DNA from: Eubacteriales bacterium
Lineage (GTDB): Bacteria > Bacillota > Clostridia > Oscillospirales > CAG-272
Assembly (NCBI GenBank): GCA_045533505.1
Contig: JAZSHY010000014.1
Location: 99,780 to 163,779, forward strand
Reading direction: 5' to 3'
Length of the DNA: 64,000 bases
A program made the translations under genes and the position numbers. The notes under the pieces are model-generated. The model made no database searches and was not told the origin of the DNA. It saw only the letters and a list, made by a program, of their open reading frames with translations. Shown piece after piece: positions 54,441 through 64,000 of the stretch. Each line of letters starts with the position of its first letter. The stretch's first letter is position 1.

Positions 54441-55129
54441 AAGCCCATTTGAAACTCTATTCGTTTTGTATCCTTTGTCTTTTGCTCGCTCTCTGCCTGC
54501 CGCTTTCGGCGGCAGCGGCGGAGCCGCACGGAGAGGAGACCGCGGCGGTCACCGTGACCTCGATGGCCGACGGCGCCGTGACACCCGATGCCGCGCTCAC
54601 TCCCGACAGCACCGATGCCGCGCCCGAAATTACCGACGGCGAAGCGGGCGAGTCTCCGACACCCCTCTCGCGCGCCCTGTCGCTCTTCCTTGAGAAGAAC
54701 GCAGCAAGCCTCCTCTCGGGGGCCACCCTGCTTTTCACTCTGGCAAGCTCGCTTCTTCTCCGCAAGAGGCTCATGCCCTCGCTTCTCTCGGCGCTTTCCT
54801 CTCTGATGGGGAAGAGCCGTGATGCGGTGGAGAGCATAGAGAAGCTCGGTGAGGCAGAGCGCGAGAAAATCACCTCGCTCCTCAAGGAGGCCGAGAGGCT
54901 GTGCGAGGAGGCACGTGCTACCCGTGAATACGCGGAGGCGGCCTCCGCGCTTGGCGCACAGGAGGCGGCATCGAGAAAGGCGCTTTCTCTGGTTCTCGGC
55001 GAGCAGATGTCGCTTCTCTATGAGCTTCTGATGTCGGCGAACCTGCCGCAATATCAGAAGGACCGAATCGGCGAGGCGCACGCCGCCTGCCGCGCTGCCC
55101 TCGGGGAGGCGCACCATGAGGATAACTAA
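54437..55129 (+). CDS. Secreted/membrane-anchored hypothetical protein
   Basis: 230 aa. The signal-like N-terminus is MKAHLKLYSFCILCLLLALCLPLSAAAA. An acidic T/P/D-rich linker follows, then one internal hydrophobic segment (LLSGATLLFTLASSLLL) and a helical C-terminus. Confidence 0.5.
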   Translation: MKAHLKLYSFCILCLLLALCLPLSAAAAEPHGEETAAVTVTSMADGAVTPDAALTPDSTDAAPEITDGEAGESPTPLSRALSLFLEKNAASLLSGATLLFTLASSLLLRKRLMPSLLSALSSLMGKSRDAVESIEKLGEAEREKITSLLKEAERLCEEARATREYAEAASALGAQEAASRKALSLVLGEQMSLLYELLMSANLPQYQKDRIGEAHAACRAALGEAHHEDN

Positions 55130-55481
55130 GCGGCTTCTCTTCGGCCTTATCGGATATTTCCTTTGCGTGGTGCCGCCTGCCGTTGCCATTCTTGACTATT
55201 TCCCTGTCTTTGCCGCGGAGGGAGGCGAGTTCATTCTCTCGGGAATCGGGCTGCTTCTGCTTCTCCTTGCCGCTGTCCCTCTGCGGCGCGGCCTAAAGCG
55301 AGTACTTCGGAGATTTCTTGCCTCTCCCTCTGCCTTCGGGATATGGGGGCTCGTATGGCTCCTCACCGCCTGGTTCGGGCGGATTGCCGCCGCGATTGCG
55401 GATATTGCTCTTGTGGGCTTCCTGTCCTCTCTTTTGGGTGCCATCTTCTTCCGCATGGCAAGAAGGGAGGAGAGCGTATGA
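55116..55481 (+). CDS. Small polytopic membrane protein
   Basis: 121 aa with 3-4 hydrophobic helices. It overlaps the previous ORF by 14 nt. Confidence 0.5.
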   Translation: MRITKRLLFGLIGYFLCVVPPAVAILDYFPVFAAEGGEFILSGIGLLLLLLAAVPLRRGLKRVLRRFLASPSAFGIWGLVWLLTAWFGRIAAAIADIALVGFLSSLLGAIFFRMARREESV

Positions 55482-56299
55482 CCGAGCGCGACCCCTTTTC
55501 GCTCCTTGCCGAGCAGAACGGGCGCGCAAGGAGCGCCCTGCGCCGTACCCTTGGCGAATACACAGGCGGTCTTCTGCTTACAGCCTGCCTCCTTCTGACG
55601 GCGGTCCTGCCCCTTGTGGTGCTGCGGCTTGTGAACCCCTTCTCGGCGTCCTTCCTCCTGCGAACCGCCTATGCCGCCCTCACCTCTACCCTCTCCTATC
55701 TTGTGTTTCTTCCCGAGGGGCGTCGGGCCGAGGAGAAGCGTGACGCCTCCTTCGCCGAGACCGAGGAACGGCTCTCTCGGCTTTCGCGCTTTGTGCGCCT
55801 CGGCCATCTTGCCTCCTTCTCGCTCTATTGCCGTGAGGCGGCGGAACGGGAATGTGAGGAAAGAAGGGAGGCTCTGCTTGCGGCTGCCGAGGCCGAGCCC
55901 CGCCGTGCACGGCGGCTGCGGCGTAGGGCACGGCGCCTCCGCCCTTGCCCGATTTCCCCCGCCCTTGTTCTTTGCCGCGAGGGGCGGGGCGAGGTGAACA
56001 GCGTGGGGAGGAGAGGGGGCACGGGGCTCTGCCGCGCTGCCCTCCTGCGACCTCTTTTCGTTCTTCTCTCCTCGCTCCTTTTTTCCTCGGTTATGGTGCT
56101 TCCCGGAGAGGCGCTCGATACCTCTACCGCCGTTCAGATTCTTTCGGGGCTTTTCGGTGTGACGATGGCCGCCTTTGCCGGCTTTTCGGCAGGAGGCGCG
56201 CAGGCGAAGAGCCTGCTCGGCATGACCGAGAGACGTATTCTCTTTCTCTCCTCCTTTTGCGAGGAGAAGGGACTTAACGAGGGAGCGTCACTCCTCTGA
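55478..56299 (+). CDS. Membrane protein with an Arg-rich central region
   Basis: 273 aa from ATG 55478, which overlaps the previous stop as ATGA; the listed ORF starts at 55343. Hydrophobic helices lie near the N- and C-termini. The central segment is EPRRARRLRRRARRLR. Confidence 0.5.
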   Translation: MTERDPFSLLAEQNGRARSALRRTLGEYTGGLLLTACLLLTAVLPLVVLRLVNPFSASFLLRTAYAALTSTLSYLVFLPEGRRAEEKRDASFAETEERLSRLSRFVRLGHLASFSLYCREAAERECEERREALLAAAEAEPRRARRLRRRARRLRPCPISPALVLCREGRGEVNSVGRRGGTGLCRAALLRPLFVLLSSLLFSSVMVLPGEALDTSTAVQILSGLFGVTMAAFAGFSAGGAQAKSLLGMTERRILFLSSFCEEKGLNEGASLL

Positions 56300-56318
56300 A
56301 ATTCTTTTGGCGGAGCGA

Positions 56319-56347
56319 TTGCAACACGCCGAGAAATATGGTATACT
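56319..56347 (+). promoter_or_regulatory. Putative promoter of the TVP38-family gene
   Basis: TTGCAA, 17 nt of spacer, then TATACT (TGGTATACT). Confidence 0.5.
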
Positions 56348-56395
56348 AAGAAAAAAGGCATCCTGTGATGCCTATCTTCCTTATGAGGTGACAGC

Positions 56396-57187
56396 ATGAA
56401 AGCTTTTTTTGGGAGACTTCGGGACGGCTTCGCTCGGAACAAGAGCACTATCCTGCATTTTGCTCTTCTCATTCTTTCGGTGGCAGCCGTTTCCGTTTTG
56501 TCCTTTTTCCTTCTGCGGGCCTTTGGCGTGATGGACTTCAATGCCGAGGGGCAGATGGTGTTTAACGGAGAGCTTTTTGCCTCCTTCTCGGACGCGTGGT
56601 ACGGCTGGATATTCTTTATCCTCCTGCAAACCGTTCTCTCCATGCTGCTTTGTGTCTTCCCCGGTGTCTCTATGGCCCTCATTATTCTCTCGACCACCGT
56701 GGTGTTCCCCGGGCAGCCGTGGCGCTCCTTTATCCTCTGCTTTGTGAGCGTTTTGATTGCCAGTATCACAATGTATATTGTGGGCTGCTTTGGCGGCTAC
56801 CGTCTTACCGTCCGCTTTGTCGGGCAGGAGGATGCTGACCGCGCCCTCGACCTGCTTCGCGACAAGGGCACCTTCTTCTTCCCCTTTATGATGCTCTTTC
56901 CCTTCTTCCCCGACGAAGCGCTCACCATGGTGGCGGGCACCACCCGCATGAGGCTTTCGTGGTTCCTGCCCTCCATCATCGTGGCGCGCGGCATTGGCAT
57001 TGCCACCATCGTCTTCGGCCTCTCTGTTGTGCCGTTTGACCGCTTCACCACCTTCTGGCACTGGCTCGTTTTCGTGCTCCTTGTGGTTCTTCTCGTTCTG
57101 GCCGTCCTCTTTGGGGCCTCGCGCTTTAACCGCTATATGGAGAGAAAAAAGGCCGAGGAGGCGACGGGAGAAGCAACCGAAGAGTAA
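56396..57187 (+). CDS. TVP38/TMEM64 (VTT/DedA-related) family membrane protein
   Basis: 263 aa and polytopic. It contains FPFMMLFPFFPDEALTMVAGTTRM, typical of the SNARE-associated/VTT domain. Confidence 0.7.
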   Translation: MKAFFGRLRDGFARNKSTILHFALLILSVAAVSVLSFFLLRAFGVMDFNAEGQMVFNGELFASFSDAWYGWIFFILLQTVLSMLLCVFPGVSMALIILSTTVVFPGQPWRSFILCFVSVLIASITMYIVGCFGGYRLTVRFVGQEDADRALDLLRDKGTFFFPFMMLFPFFPDEALTMVAGTTRMRLSWFLPSIIVARGIGIATIVFGLSVVPFDRFTTFWHWLVFVLLVVLLVLAVLFGASRFNRYMERKKAEEATGEATEE

Positions 57188-57221
57188 GCCCTTTCCGCAG
57201 ACTCCTCCCTCCGCATAAGGA

Positions 57222-57256
57222 AGGGCGGCAGAACTTGGTTCTGCCGCCCTTTTTCT
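57222..57256. terminator. Terminator shared by the convergent TVP38-family gene and pnuC
   Basis: Stem AGGGCGGCAGAAC, loop TTG, stem GTTCTGCCGCCCT, followed by TTTTTC. Confidence 0.8.
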
Positions 57257-57258
57257 TT

Positions 57259-57957
57259 TCAGCTTTTCTCTTGCTTTCTCTTCATTCTCCGCCAGTTGAA
57301 GAAGCCGTAGGCGTCGTTCATAAGGAACATCGCAAAGCAAATTACCACCGAAAGATAGGAGGTGTTATGAAGCGCGGCAAGGCCCCAGAGAAGAATGAGA
57401 ACAAGGTCGTTTATGGCATACGCAAAGGCATACCACGGGCTGCGGCGCGCCGCAAAGTACACGGCAACAAAGCTCGTGGTGACCGAAAAGGTGCTTGGCA
57501 GGAGATTGGCCGTGCCGAACTCCCGAAGCACGAAGTAGAAGAGCACGGTAACTGCCACAGCAAGGCAGGGCAGGAGCACGGCGTCCCGCACGGTGAGATG
57601 CCCGACGCGCACCTCGGCACGCCCTGCCCCCGAGGGGTGGCGCAGCCATGCAATAAGCGAAAACACCGCCATCGGCACGCTCATGCCGAGATAGGTCAGC
57701 ATTTCGCCGTAGTAGGCGTAGGAATAGGAAATGATGCCGTAAAGAACACCGAAAACTATAAAAAGCGCCTGGCCGAGAGGGTTGCCCTTAGCGCTGAACA
57801 CGAGGGCCACCGAGCCTACGAGCGAGGCCGCCAGCGAGAGCGCGCTTTCCTCTCGGAAAAGAAAATACGAAAGAAGAATGCCCGCTGCGGAAACCGCCCA
57901 CAGGAGCTTTTCAAAGGTGGAGAAATACCGCCACGCGGCAAGGAGCTTAGTCTTCAT
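57259..57957 (-). CDS. pnuC: Nicotinamide riboside transporter PnuC
   Basis: 232 aa with 7-8 TM helices. Segments include FSAKGNPLGQALFIVFGVLYGIISY and NDAYGFFNWRRM. Confidence 0.8.
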   Translation of the reverse strand: MKTKLLAAWRYFSTFEKLLWAVSAAGILLSYFLFREESALSLAASLVGSVALVFSAKGNPLGQALFIVFGVLYGIISYSYAYYGEMLTYLGMSVPMAVFSLIAWLRHPSGAGRAEVRVGHLTVRDAVLLPCLAVAVTVLFYFVLREFGTANLLPSTFSVTTSFVAVYFAARRSPWYAFAYAINDLVLILLWGLAALHNTSYLSVVICFAMFLMNDAYGFFNWRRMKRKQEKS

Positions 57958-58067
57958 ATCTACCTCAAATGCCTCTTATGCACAGTAAGCGAAGGATGCC
58001 TCTCCCTCTTTTTAAGAGGGATACGCCCCCTCCGCGTAACAGAGGGGGCGCGCTTTGGCAGGATGGC

Positions 58068-59741
58068 TCAGAAGAGGCCGACAATCCTGCCGTCTGTCTC
58101 TACGTCTATTGCCTCGGCGGCGGGCACCCTCGGCAGGCCCGGCATTGTCATGATGTCACCCGTGAGGGCCACGATAAAGCCTGCGCCGGCAGAGACCTTG
58201 ACCTGCTTGACCGTGACGGTAAAGCCGGTGGGGGCGCCGAGCTTTGTGGGGTCGTCCGAGAAGCTGTACTGGGTTTTGGCCATGCAGACGGGGAGCCCAC
58301 CGTAGCCGAGCGAGGTGAGCGTGGCAAGCTGCTTCCTCGCGGCGGGCGTGAAGGTAACGCCGTCGGCACGGTAAACTCTCTTGGCAATCGCCTCGATTTT
58401 GTCCTCGATGCTACCCTCCGACGGATAGCTGTACGAGAAGTCGTTCTCCTCCTCGCAAAGGGCAAGCACCTCGCGTGCGAGGGCCTCGCCGCCGCGTCCT
58501 CCCTCGGCCCACACGGTGGAGAGAACCACCTTCACGCCGAGCGCACGGCAGCGCTCTATGACGAGCGCGATTTCGGCATCGGTATCCGTCGGGAAGCGGT
58601 TGACCGCCACCACGCAGGGGAGGCGGTAGACCTCAGTGATGTTCTCCACGTGCCGCAGAAGGTTCGGCAGGCCCGCATCAAGCGCGGCCAGGTTCTCGTT
58701 CCCAAGCTCGGCTTTGGCAAGACCGCCGTGCATTTTCAGCGCGCGCACGGTGGCCACCATCACGACGGCATCGGGACGGAGCCCTGCTGCACGGCACTTG
58801 ATATCAAGGAATTTCTCGGCACCGAGGTCGGCACCGAAGCCCGCCTCGGTCACCACATAATCCGAAAGCTTCATCGCCATACGGGTAGCAATCACAGAGT
58901 TGCAGCCGTGGGCGATGTTGGCGAAGGGACCGCCGTGCACGAAGGCAGGCGTCCCCTCCAGCGTCTGGACGAGGTTCGGCGCAAGGGCGTCCTTCAGGAG
59001 GGCGGCCATCGCACCCACGGCGGAGAGGTCGCCCGCCGTGACGGGGCGTTCGTCATAGGTGTAGCCCACCACAATGCGCGAGAGGCGCGCCTTGAGGTCC
59101 TCGATGTCCGAGGCGAGGCAGAAGACTGCCATAATCTCGGAGGCCACCGTAATATCAAAGCCGTCCTCACGCGGCACGCCGTTGACGCGCCCGCCAAGCC
59201 CGTCGGTCACGAAGCGAAGCTGGCGGTCATTCATGTCCACGCAGCGGCGCCACGTAATGCGGCGCGGGTCTATGCCGAGGCGGTTGCCCTGATAGATATG
59301 GTTGTCTATCATCGCGGCAAGGAGATTGTTGGCGGCACCGATGGCATGGAAGTCACCCGTGAAATGGAGGTTGATGTCCTCCATCGGCACGACCTGCGCG
59401 TAGCCGCCGCCCGCCGCGCCGCCCTTGACGCCGAACACGGGGCCGAGCGAGGGCTCACGGAGCGCAACCGAGGTGCGCTTGCCGAGGCGGGAGAGCCCGT
59501 CGGCAAGGCCGATGGTCGTGGTGGTCTTCCCCTCGCCCGCGGGGGTGGGGGTGATGGCGGTGACGAGAATCAGCTTACCGTCGGCTCTTTTGCTTTCACG
59601 GAGGAGCCCAAGCCCCACCTTGGCCTTGTAGCGTCCGTACGGCTCCAGGTATTCGTCGGGAATACCCGCGCGCGCCGCAATCTCGGTGATGGGGCGCATG
59701 GGCGTTTGCTGGGCGATTTCGATATCGGTAAGATAGGCCAT
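58068..59741 (-). CDS. fhs: Formate--tetrahydrofolate ligase
   Basis: 557 aa. The N-terminus is [17 protein letters not shown], and the P-loop region reads [20 protein letters not shown]. Confidence 0.97.
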   Translation of the reverse strand: MAYLTDIEIAQQTPMRPITEIAARAGIPDEYLEPYGRYKAKVGLGLLRESKRADGKLILVTAITPTPAGEGKTTTTIGLADGLSRLGKRTSVALREPSLGPVFGVKGGAAGGGYAQVVPMEDINLHFTGDFHAIGAANNLLAAMIDNHIYQGNRLGIDPRRITWRRCVDMNDRQLRFVTDGLGGRVNGVPREDGFDITVASEIMAVFCLASDIEDLKARLSRIVVGYTYDERPVTAGDLSAVGAMAALLKDALAPNLVQTLEGTPAFVHGGPFANIAHGCNSVIATRMAMKLSDYVVTEAGFGADLGAEKFLDIKCRAAGLRPDAVVMVATVRALKMHGGLAKAELGNENLAALDAGLPNLLRHVENITEVYRLPCVVAVNRFPTDTDAEIALVIERCRALGVKVVLSTVWAEGGRGGEALAREVLALCEEENDFSYSYPSEGSIEDKIEAIAKRVYRADGVTFTPAARKQLATLTSLGYGGLPVCMAKTQYSFSDDPTKLGAPTGFTVTVKQVKVSAGAGFIVALTGDIMTMPGLPRVPAAEAIDVETDGRIVGLF

Positions 59742-59752
59742 CTTGCTTCTCC

Positions 59753-62700
59753 TTATTTCTTAAAATATTTGACCGCGGAGGCAAACATCTTCATGTCGTA
59801 TTCGCCGTACACGTTGCGGTAAAGCCCCCCTCCGATACGCTCGGAGTGGCCCATCTTGCCGAACACTCTGCCGTCGGGCGAGGTGATGCCCTCAATGGCA
59901 AAGGCCGAGCCGTTCGGGTTGTAGCGGATATCCGACGTCGGGAAGCCCTCGCCGTCCACATACTGCGTGGCAATCTGCCCGCGCGCGGCGAGCTCGGAGA
60001 CGAGCGCGTCGGACGCGAGGAAGCGGCCCTCACCGTGAGAAATCGGCACGGTGTAAATGTCCCCGACCTCGGTGGCGGCAAGCCACGGCGAGAGATTGGA
60101 GGCAATGCGGATTCTCACCATCTTGGACTGATGGCGCGCGATGCGGTTGAAGGTGAGGGTGGGAGAGGCCTCGTCGGTATCGACGATTTTGCCGTACGGC
60201 ACAAGGCCGAGCTTGATAAGGGCCTGGAAGCCGTTGCAGATACCGCACATAAGGCCGTCGCGCCTGTCAAGAAGCTCCTCAACCGCCTCGCGGATGGCGG
60301 CGTTCTTGAAGAAGGCCATGATGAACTTGCCCGAGCCGTCGGGCTCGTCACCGCCCGAGAAGCCGCCCGGCACGAAAATCATCTGTGAGGTGCGGATGCG
60401 CTCGGCAAAGTCCGAAACGCTTCGGGCAATCCCCTCACGGGTGAGGTTGTTGATGACGAAGATTTCGGCCTCGGCACCCGCATCGCGCATGACCTTGGCG
60501 GAATCGTACTCGCAGTTGGTGCCCGGGAACACGGGAATGAGAACACGCGGCCTCGCCGCCCCGACACGGGGCGAGGGACGGGCGGCGGCCCGATGGGAGA
60601 AGGCCTCGTAGCGCACGGCCTCGCCCTCGGCAACGGGGTACACGCTCTCAAGCCTGCCCTCGTAAAGGGCCGAAAGCTCGGCAAGCGTAAGGCTCTCGCC
60701 GTCACGGGTGACGTTGGCCCCGTCTGTCACGCGGCCAACGGGGGTTGCCCCCTCTATCGGCTGCTCGCTCTCCACGAGGAAGGAGCCGTAACGGTAGGCA
60801 AAGAGCTCCTCGGTGGTGAGGGCGGTGTCGTAGGCAAAGCCGAAGCCGCCACCCAGTATCATCTTGTAAACACCCTCGGCAATGCCGCCATAGGTCGGCG
60901 TCCACGCCGAAAGCAACACGCCCTCGGCACGGAGGGCCTCCATGCGACGGAAGAGCGCGAGAAGCGACTCGGGCTTCGGAAGCCCGTCCTCACGGTATTC
61001 GGGAGAAAGGAGCGACACGTAGCTGCCCGCCCGCTTGCATTCGGGCGAGAGGACCTCGCTGACCTTCCCCGTGGTTACGGCAAACGAGACGAGGGTGGGC
61101 GGCACGTCAAGGCTTTCAAACGAGCCCGACATGGAGTCCTTGCCGCCGATGGCACCGATGCCGAAATCCAGCTGGGCGCGGAAGGCGCCGAGAAGGGCGG
61201 CGAGGGGCTTGCCCCAACGGGCGGCGTCGCGCCCTGGCTTTTCAAAGTATTCCTGGAAGGTGAGGTAGACCTCGCGGAAGGAGGCCCCCGTCGCAACGAG
61301 GCGCGAGATGCTCTCCACCACGGCGAGATACGCGCCGTGATACGGGCTCCTTTCGGTGATGTAGGGGTTATAACCCCAGGACATGAAGGAGCAGTCGTCG
61401 GTGTGCCCCTTCTCTACCGAAATCTTGTGCACCATAGCCTGTATCGGGGTTTTCTGAAAGGCACCGCCAAAGGGCATGAGCACGGTGCCCGCGCCGATGG
61501 TGGAGTCAAAGCGCTCGGAGAGGCCGCGGTGCGAGGCCACGTTCAGGTCGGAGACCAGCGCGCGGTAGCCCTCGCGGAAGGAGGTGACGGGGGCGCGGCG
61601 GTAATCCTTCGGGGCGGCAGGCGCAATTTCGATGTGCTTTTCGGCACCGTTGGAGTTCAAAAACTCGCGCGAGAGGTCCACGATGGTTTTGCCGTTCCAG
61701 CGCATGCGGAGTCTCTTTTCGGCGGTAACCCTTGCCACCACGGTGGCCTCAAGGTTCTCTGCCGCGGCGGCGGCGAGGAAGGCGTCCACGTTCTCGCGCT
61801 CCACCACAACCGCCATTCTCTCCTGCGATTCACTGATGGCAAGCTCGGTGCCGTCAAGCCCCTCGTACTTCTTCGGCACGCGGGAAAGGTCAATGTCAAG
61901 ACCGTCGGCAAGCTCGCCGACAGCCACCGAAACGCCGCCCGCGCCAAAGTCGTTGCAGCGCTTTATCATGCGGCAGGCCTCGGGATTGCGGAAGAGGCGC
62001 TGGAGCTTGCGCTCCTCGGGCGCGTTACCCTTCTGCACCTCTGCCCCGCAGGTTTCAAGCGAGGAGAGGGTATGCTTCTTGGAGGAGCCCGTCGCACCGC
62101 CGCAGCCGTCACGCCCCGTGCGCCCGCCGAGAAGAATGACGGCATCGCCGTCCTCGGGGCACTCACGGCGGACGTTCGCCTCGGGGGCGGCGGCAATCAC
62201 CGCGCCGATTTCCATGCGCTTGGCGGCGTAGCCCTCGTGATAGATTTCGTCAACAAGCCCCGTGGCAAGCCCTATCTGGTTGCCGTACGAGGAATAGCCC
62301 GCCGCAGCCGTTTGCACGAGCTTGCGCTGGGGGAGCTTGCCCTTCATGGTCTCCTCAATAGGCCTTGTCGGGTCGGCTGCCCCCGTAACGCGCATGGCGG
62401 CATAGACGTAGGACCGCCCCGAAAGCGGGTCGCGGATGGCACCGCCGATGCAGGTGGCGGCACCGCCGAAGGGCTCGATTTCGGTGGGGTGGTTATGCGT
62501 TTCATTCTTAAAGAGGAGGAGCCACGGCTCGCTGACGCCGTCCACCTCCACGTCAATCTTCACGGTGCAGGCGTTGATTTCCTCGGATTCGTCAAGGCGG
62601 TCAAGCTTGCCCGTGCGGCGAAGCTCACGCACGGCGAGGGTGGCCACGTCCATAAGGTTCTTCGGCTTGGTTCTGCCGAGCCTCTCGCGGGTGGCGAGGT

Positions 62701-63439
62701 ATTCCTCCCACGCGGCGGCAAGCGTTTCGTCCTCGAAGCGCACCCCGTCAATCGTGGTGAGGAAGGTGGTGTGGCGGCAATGGTCGGACCAATAGGTGTC
62801 AATCATGCGGATTTCGGTGAGCGTGGGGTCGCGCCCCTCACTCACGAAATAGTCGCGGCAGAAGCGGATGTCGTCAAGGTCCATGGCCAGCCCGTAGGCA
62901 GAAAGGAAGTCGGCAAGCCCGCCCTCGTCAAGCGAGGTGAAGCCCGAAAGCACCGCCACCTCGGTGGGCACCTCGTAGGGCATGGCGAGTGTTTCGGGGA
63001 GCGAGAGAGAGGCCTCTCTTGCCTCCACGGGGTTAATAAGATATTTTTTGATGGCCTGCTTGTCCTCCTCCGAAAGCTCGCCCTCAAAGAGGTATACGCG
63101 CGCCGTGCGGATGGTGGGCCTGTCGCCCTGTGTCATCAGCTGAATGCACTGGGCGGCAGAGTCGGCCCTCTGGTCAAACTGCCCGGGCAGATATTCCACC
63201 GCGAGCACATAGTCGGCAGAGGGGCAGGTGTCGTACACAAGGTCAAGCTGAGGTTCGGAGAACACGGTGCCGACGGCACGGGCGAAGAGAGCCTCCTCCA
63301 TATTCTCCACGTCGTAGCGGTTGAGAAGCCGCACCGAGCGCAGGGAGGCAATTCCCAGAAGGCCCGAAAGCTCGGCATAGGCGGCGCGCGCCTCATTCTC
63401 CAGCCCCTCGCGTTTTTCTACATAAATTCTGTAAACCAT
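59753..63439 (-). CDS. purL: Phosphoribosylformylglycinamidine synthase, single-chain large type
   Basis: 1228 aa with an N-terminal PurS-like region, a central FGAM synthetase region, and a C-terminal glutaminase with GICNGFQAL. Confidence 0.95.
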   Translation of the reverse strand: MVYRIYVEKREGLENEARAAYAELSGLLGIASLRSVRLLNRYDVENMEEALFARAVGTVFSEPQLDLVYDTCPSADYVLAVEYLPGQFDQRADSAAQCIQLMTQGDRPTIRTARVYLFEGELSEEDKQAIKKYLINPVEAREASLSLPETLAMPYEVPTEVAVLSGFTSLDEGGLADFLSAYGLAMDLDDIRFCRDYFVSEGRDPTLTEIRMIDTYWSDHCRHTTFLTTIDGVRFEDETLAAAWEEYLATRERLGRTKPKNLMDVATLAVRELRRTGKLDRLDESEEINACTVKIDVEVDGVSEPWLLLFKNETHNHPTEIEPFGGAATCIGGAIRDPLSGRSYVYAAMRVTGAADPTRPIEETMKGKLPQRKLVQTAAAGYSSYGNQIGLATGLVDEIYHEGYAAKRMEIGAVIAAAPEANVRRECPEDGDAVILLGGRTGRDGCGGATGSSKKHTLSSLETCGAEVQKGNAPEERKLQRLFRNPEACRMIKRCNDFGAGGVSVAVGELADGLDIDLSRVPKKYEGLDGTELAISESQERMAVVVERENVDAFLAAAAAENLEATVVARVTAEKRLRMRWNGKTIVDLSREFLNSNGAEKHIEIAPAAPKDYRRAPVTSFREGYRALVSDLNVASHRGLSERFDSTIGAGTVLMPFGGAFQKTPIQAMVHKISVEKGHTDDCSFMSWGYNPYITERSPYHGAYLAVVESISRLVATGASFREVYLTFQEYFEKPGRDAARWGKPLAALLGAFRAQLDFGIGAIGGKDSMSGSFESLDVPPTLVSFAVTTGKVSEVLSPECKRAGSYVSLLSPEYREDGLPKPESLLALFRRMEALRAEGVLLSAWTPTYGGIAEGVYKMILGGGFGFAYDTALTTEELFAYRYGSFLVESEQPIEGATPVGRVTDGANVTRDGESLTLAELSALYEGRLESVYPVAEGEAVRYEAFSHRAAARPSPRVGAARPRVLIPVFPGTNCEYDSAKVMRDAGAEAEIFVINNLTREGIARSVSDFAERIRTSQMIFVPGGFSGGDEPDGSGKFIMAFFKNAAIREAVEELLDRRDGLMCGICNGFQALIKLGLVPYGKIVDTDEASPTLTFNRIARHQSKMVRIRIASNLSPWLAATEVGDIYTVPISHGEGRFLASDALVSELAARGQIATQYVDGEGFPTSDIRYNPNGSAFAIEGITSPDGRVFGKMGHSERIGGGLYRNVYGEYDMKMFASAVKYFKK

Positions 63440-63442
63440 ACT

Positions 63443-64000
63443 TTACTCCTTACCCGCGGCGAGCGCGCGTTTGCCGATGTCATGGCGATAAAACGCCTTT
63501 TCAAAGTGGATTTGCTCACAGCGGGCATAGGCCAGCGACAGAGCCTCGGAGAGGCTGTCACCCTTGCCGAGAACGCCGAGCACACGCCCCCCGCTTGTCA
63601 CGAGCGCACCGTCACGAAGGGCGGCACCCGCCACCACAACGTGGGGGGACAGCTCCTCGGGGAAGGTGATGGGGTAACCCTTCTCATACGAGGAGGGATA
63701 GCCGCCCGACGCCATAACAACACAGGCCGCCGCGCCCTGCGAGAAGCGCACGGGGCAATCGGCAAGCGTGCCGTTTGTGGTCGCCTGCATAACCGTGAGA
63801 AGGTCGCTCTCAAGAAGAGGAAGCACCACCTGCGTTTCGGGGTCGCCGAAGCGGCAGTTGTATTCAATCACACGCGGCCCCTTCGGGGTGAGCATAAGGC
63901 CGAAGTAGAGCCAGCCCGAGAAGGCGCGCCCCTCGGCGGCCATGGCACGCACCGTCGGTAGAAAGATGGTCTCCATGCACTCCTCCGCCACGGCCTCGGT
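63443..64000 (-). CDS. purD: Phosphoribosylamine--glycine ligase (3' portion only; the gene continues past the window edge)
   Basis: The C-terminal sequence is ...GPRVIEYNCRFGDPETQVVLPLL...VVMASGGYP...VTSGGRVLGV.... The stop codon lies 3 nt before the purL start. Confidence 0.9.
   Translation of the reverse strand, partial: TEAVAEECMETIFLPTVRAMAAEGRAFSGWLYFGLMLTPKGPRVIEYNCRFGDPETQVVLPLLESDLLTVMQATTNGTLADCPVRFSQGAAACVVMASGGYPSSYEKGYPITFPEELSPHVVVAGAALRDGALVTSGGRVLGVLGKGDSLSEALSLAYARCEQIHFEKAFYRHDIGKRALAAGKE

Larger units (their letters stand above)
42760..56299 (+). mobile_element. Phage-derived virion gene cluster (packaging, head and putative short-tail genes only)
   Basis: It comprises 15 co-directional ORFs, many joined by ATGA or short overlaps (43212, 44570, 54018, 54437, 55478). 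I recognise no integrase, repressor, replication, tape-measure, tail-tube/sheath or endolysin gene. Core genes flank it on both sides. Confidence 0.75.

Noticed and set aside
42760-56320. Searched for att-type direct repeats, a flanking tRNA or an integrase that would define an intact prophage
   Set aside because: No repeated sequence was visible at the two boundaries by eye and no recombinase-like ORF is present. I therefore did not call it an integrated prophage. An exhaustive repeat search needs software.
57958-58067. Possible riboswitch in the pnuC 5' region
   Set aside because: The hairpins present (CCCCCTC...GAGGGGG and CCCTCT...AGAGGG) are adequately explained as the fhs terminator region. 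I recognise no conserved riboswitch core.
57969-59822. 617-aa plus-strand ORF, together with the 356-aa ORF at 57235-58305
   Set aside because: They are antisense to fhs and pnuC respectively. The real genes carry clear family motifs.
60593-63961. 1122-aa plus-strand ORF
   Set aside because: It is antisense to purL and purD, so it is a shadow ORF.

Overview
This is a high-G+C, anaerobe-type Firmicutes (Clostridia-like) chromosomal segment; the taxonomic call is inferred from gene content and gene order only. Most of the window is core metabolism and information processing:
- A partial CapD-like sugar dehydratase and the PFOR gene nifJ.
- trpS, followed by a solo tRNA-Thr.
- A Crp/Fnr regulator, a PerR-like Fur regulator and rubrerythrin.
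- trmO and coaW.
- The rimP-nusA-ylxR-ylxQ-infB operon.
- pyrP-upp, convergent with a minus-strand pyrR-pyrC-carB-pyrK-pyrD-pyrF-pyrE-pyrB operon.
- A TVP38-family protein and pnuC.
- A purD-purL-fhs operon.

Four accessory regions stand out:
1. 42.8-56.3 kb holds a 15-gene, tightly coupled phage-type virion cluster. It encodes TerS, TerL, portal, a scaffold-like protein, major capsid, a connector-like protein, a roughly 900-aa LRR-bearing protein, a fibre-like protein and three membrane proteins. I see no integrase, repressor, replication, long-tail or endolysin gene. The composition is host-like and core genes sit on both flanks. This is the best candidate for an undescribed, possibly domesticated GTA-like particle system.
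2. 10.2-14.0 kb encodes a 1257-aa secreted protein made of three roughly 340-aa tandem modules, driven by a consensus promoter inside an AT-rich tract.
3. 24.4-29.2 kb is a lower-G+C island. It carries a membrane protein and a 1067-aa lipoprotein with Listeria-Bacteroides repeats plus at least 12 GLUG-type repeats. It abuts the 3' end of tRNA-Ala, next to a structured GC-rich non-coding stretch containing an inverted partial copy of that tRNA end.
4. 29.4-31.1 kb encodes a 555-aa protein consisting almost entirely of MORN repeats.

Many long ORFs in the supplied track are antisense shadows of real genes, as expected for high-GC DNA, and were rejected. No CRISPR array, rRNA, transposase or integrase was seen.
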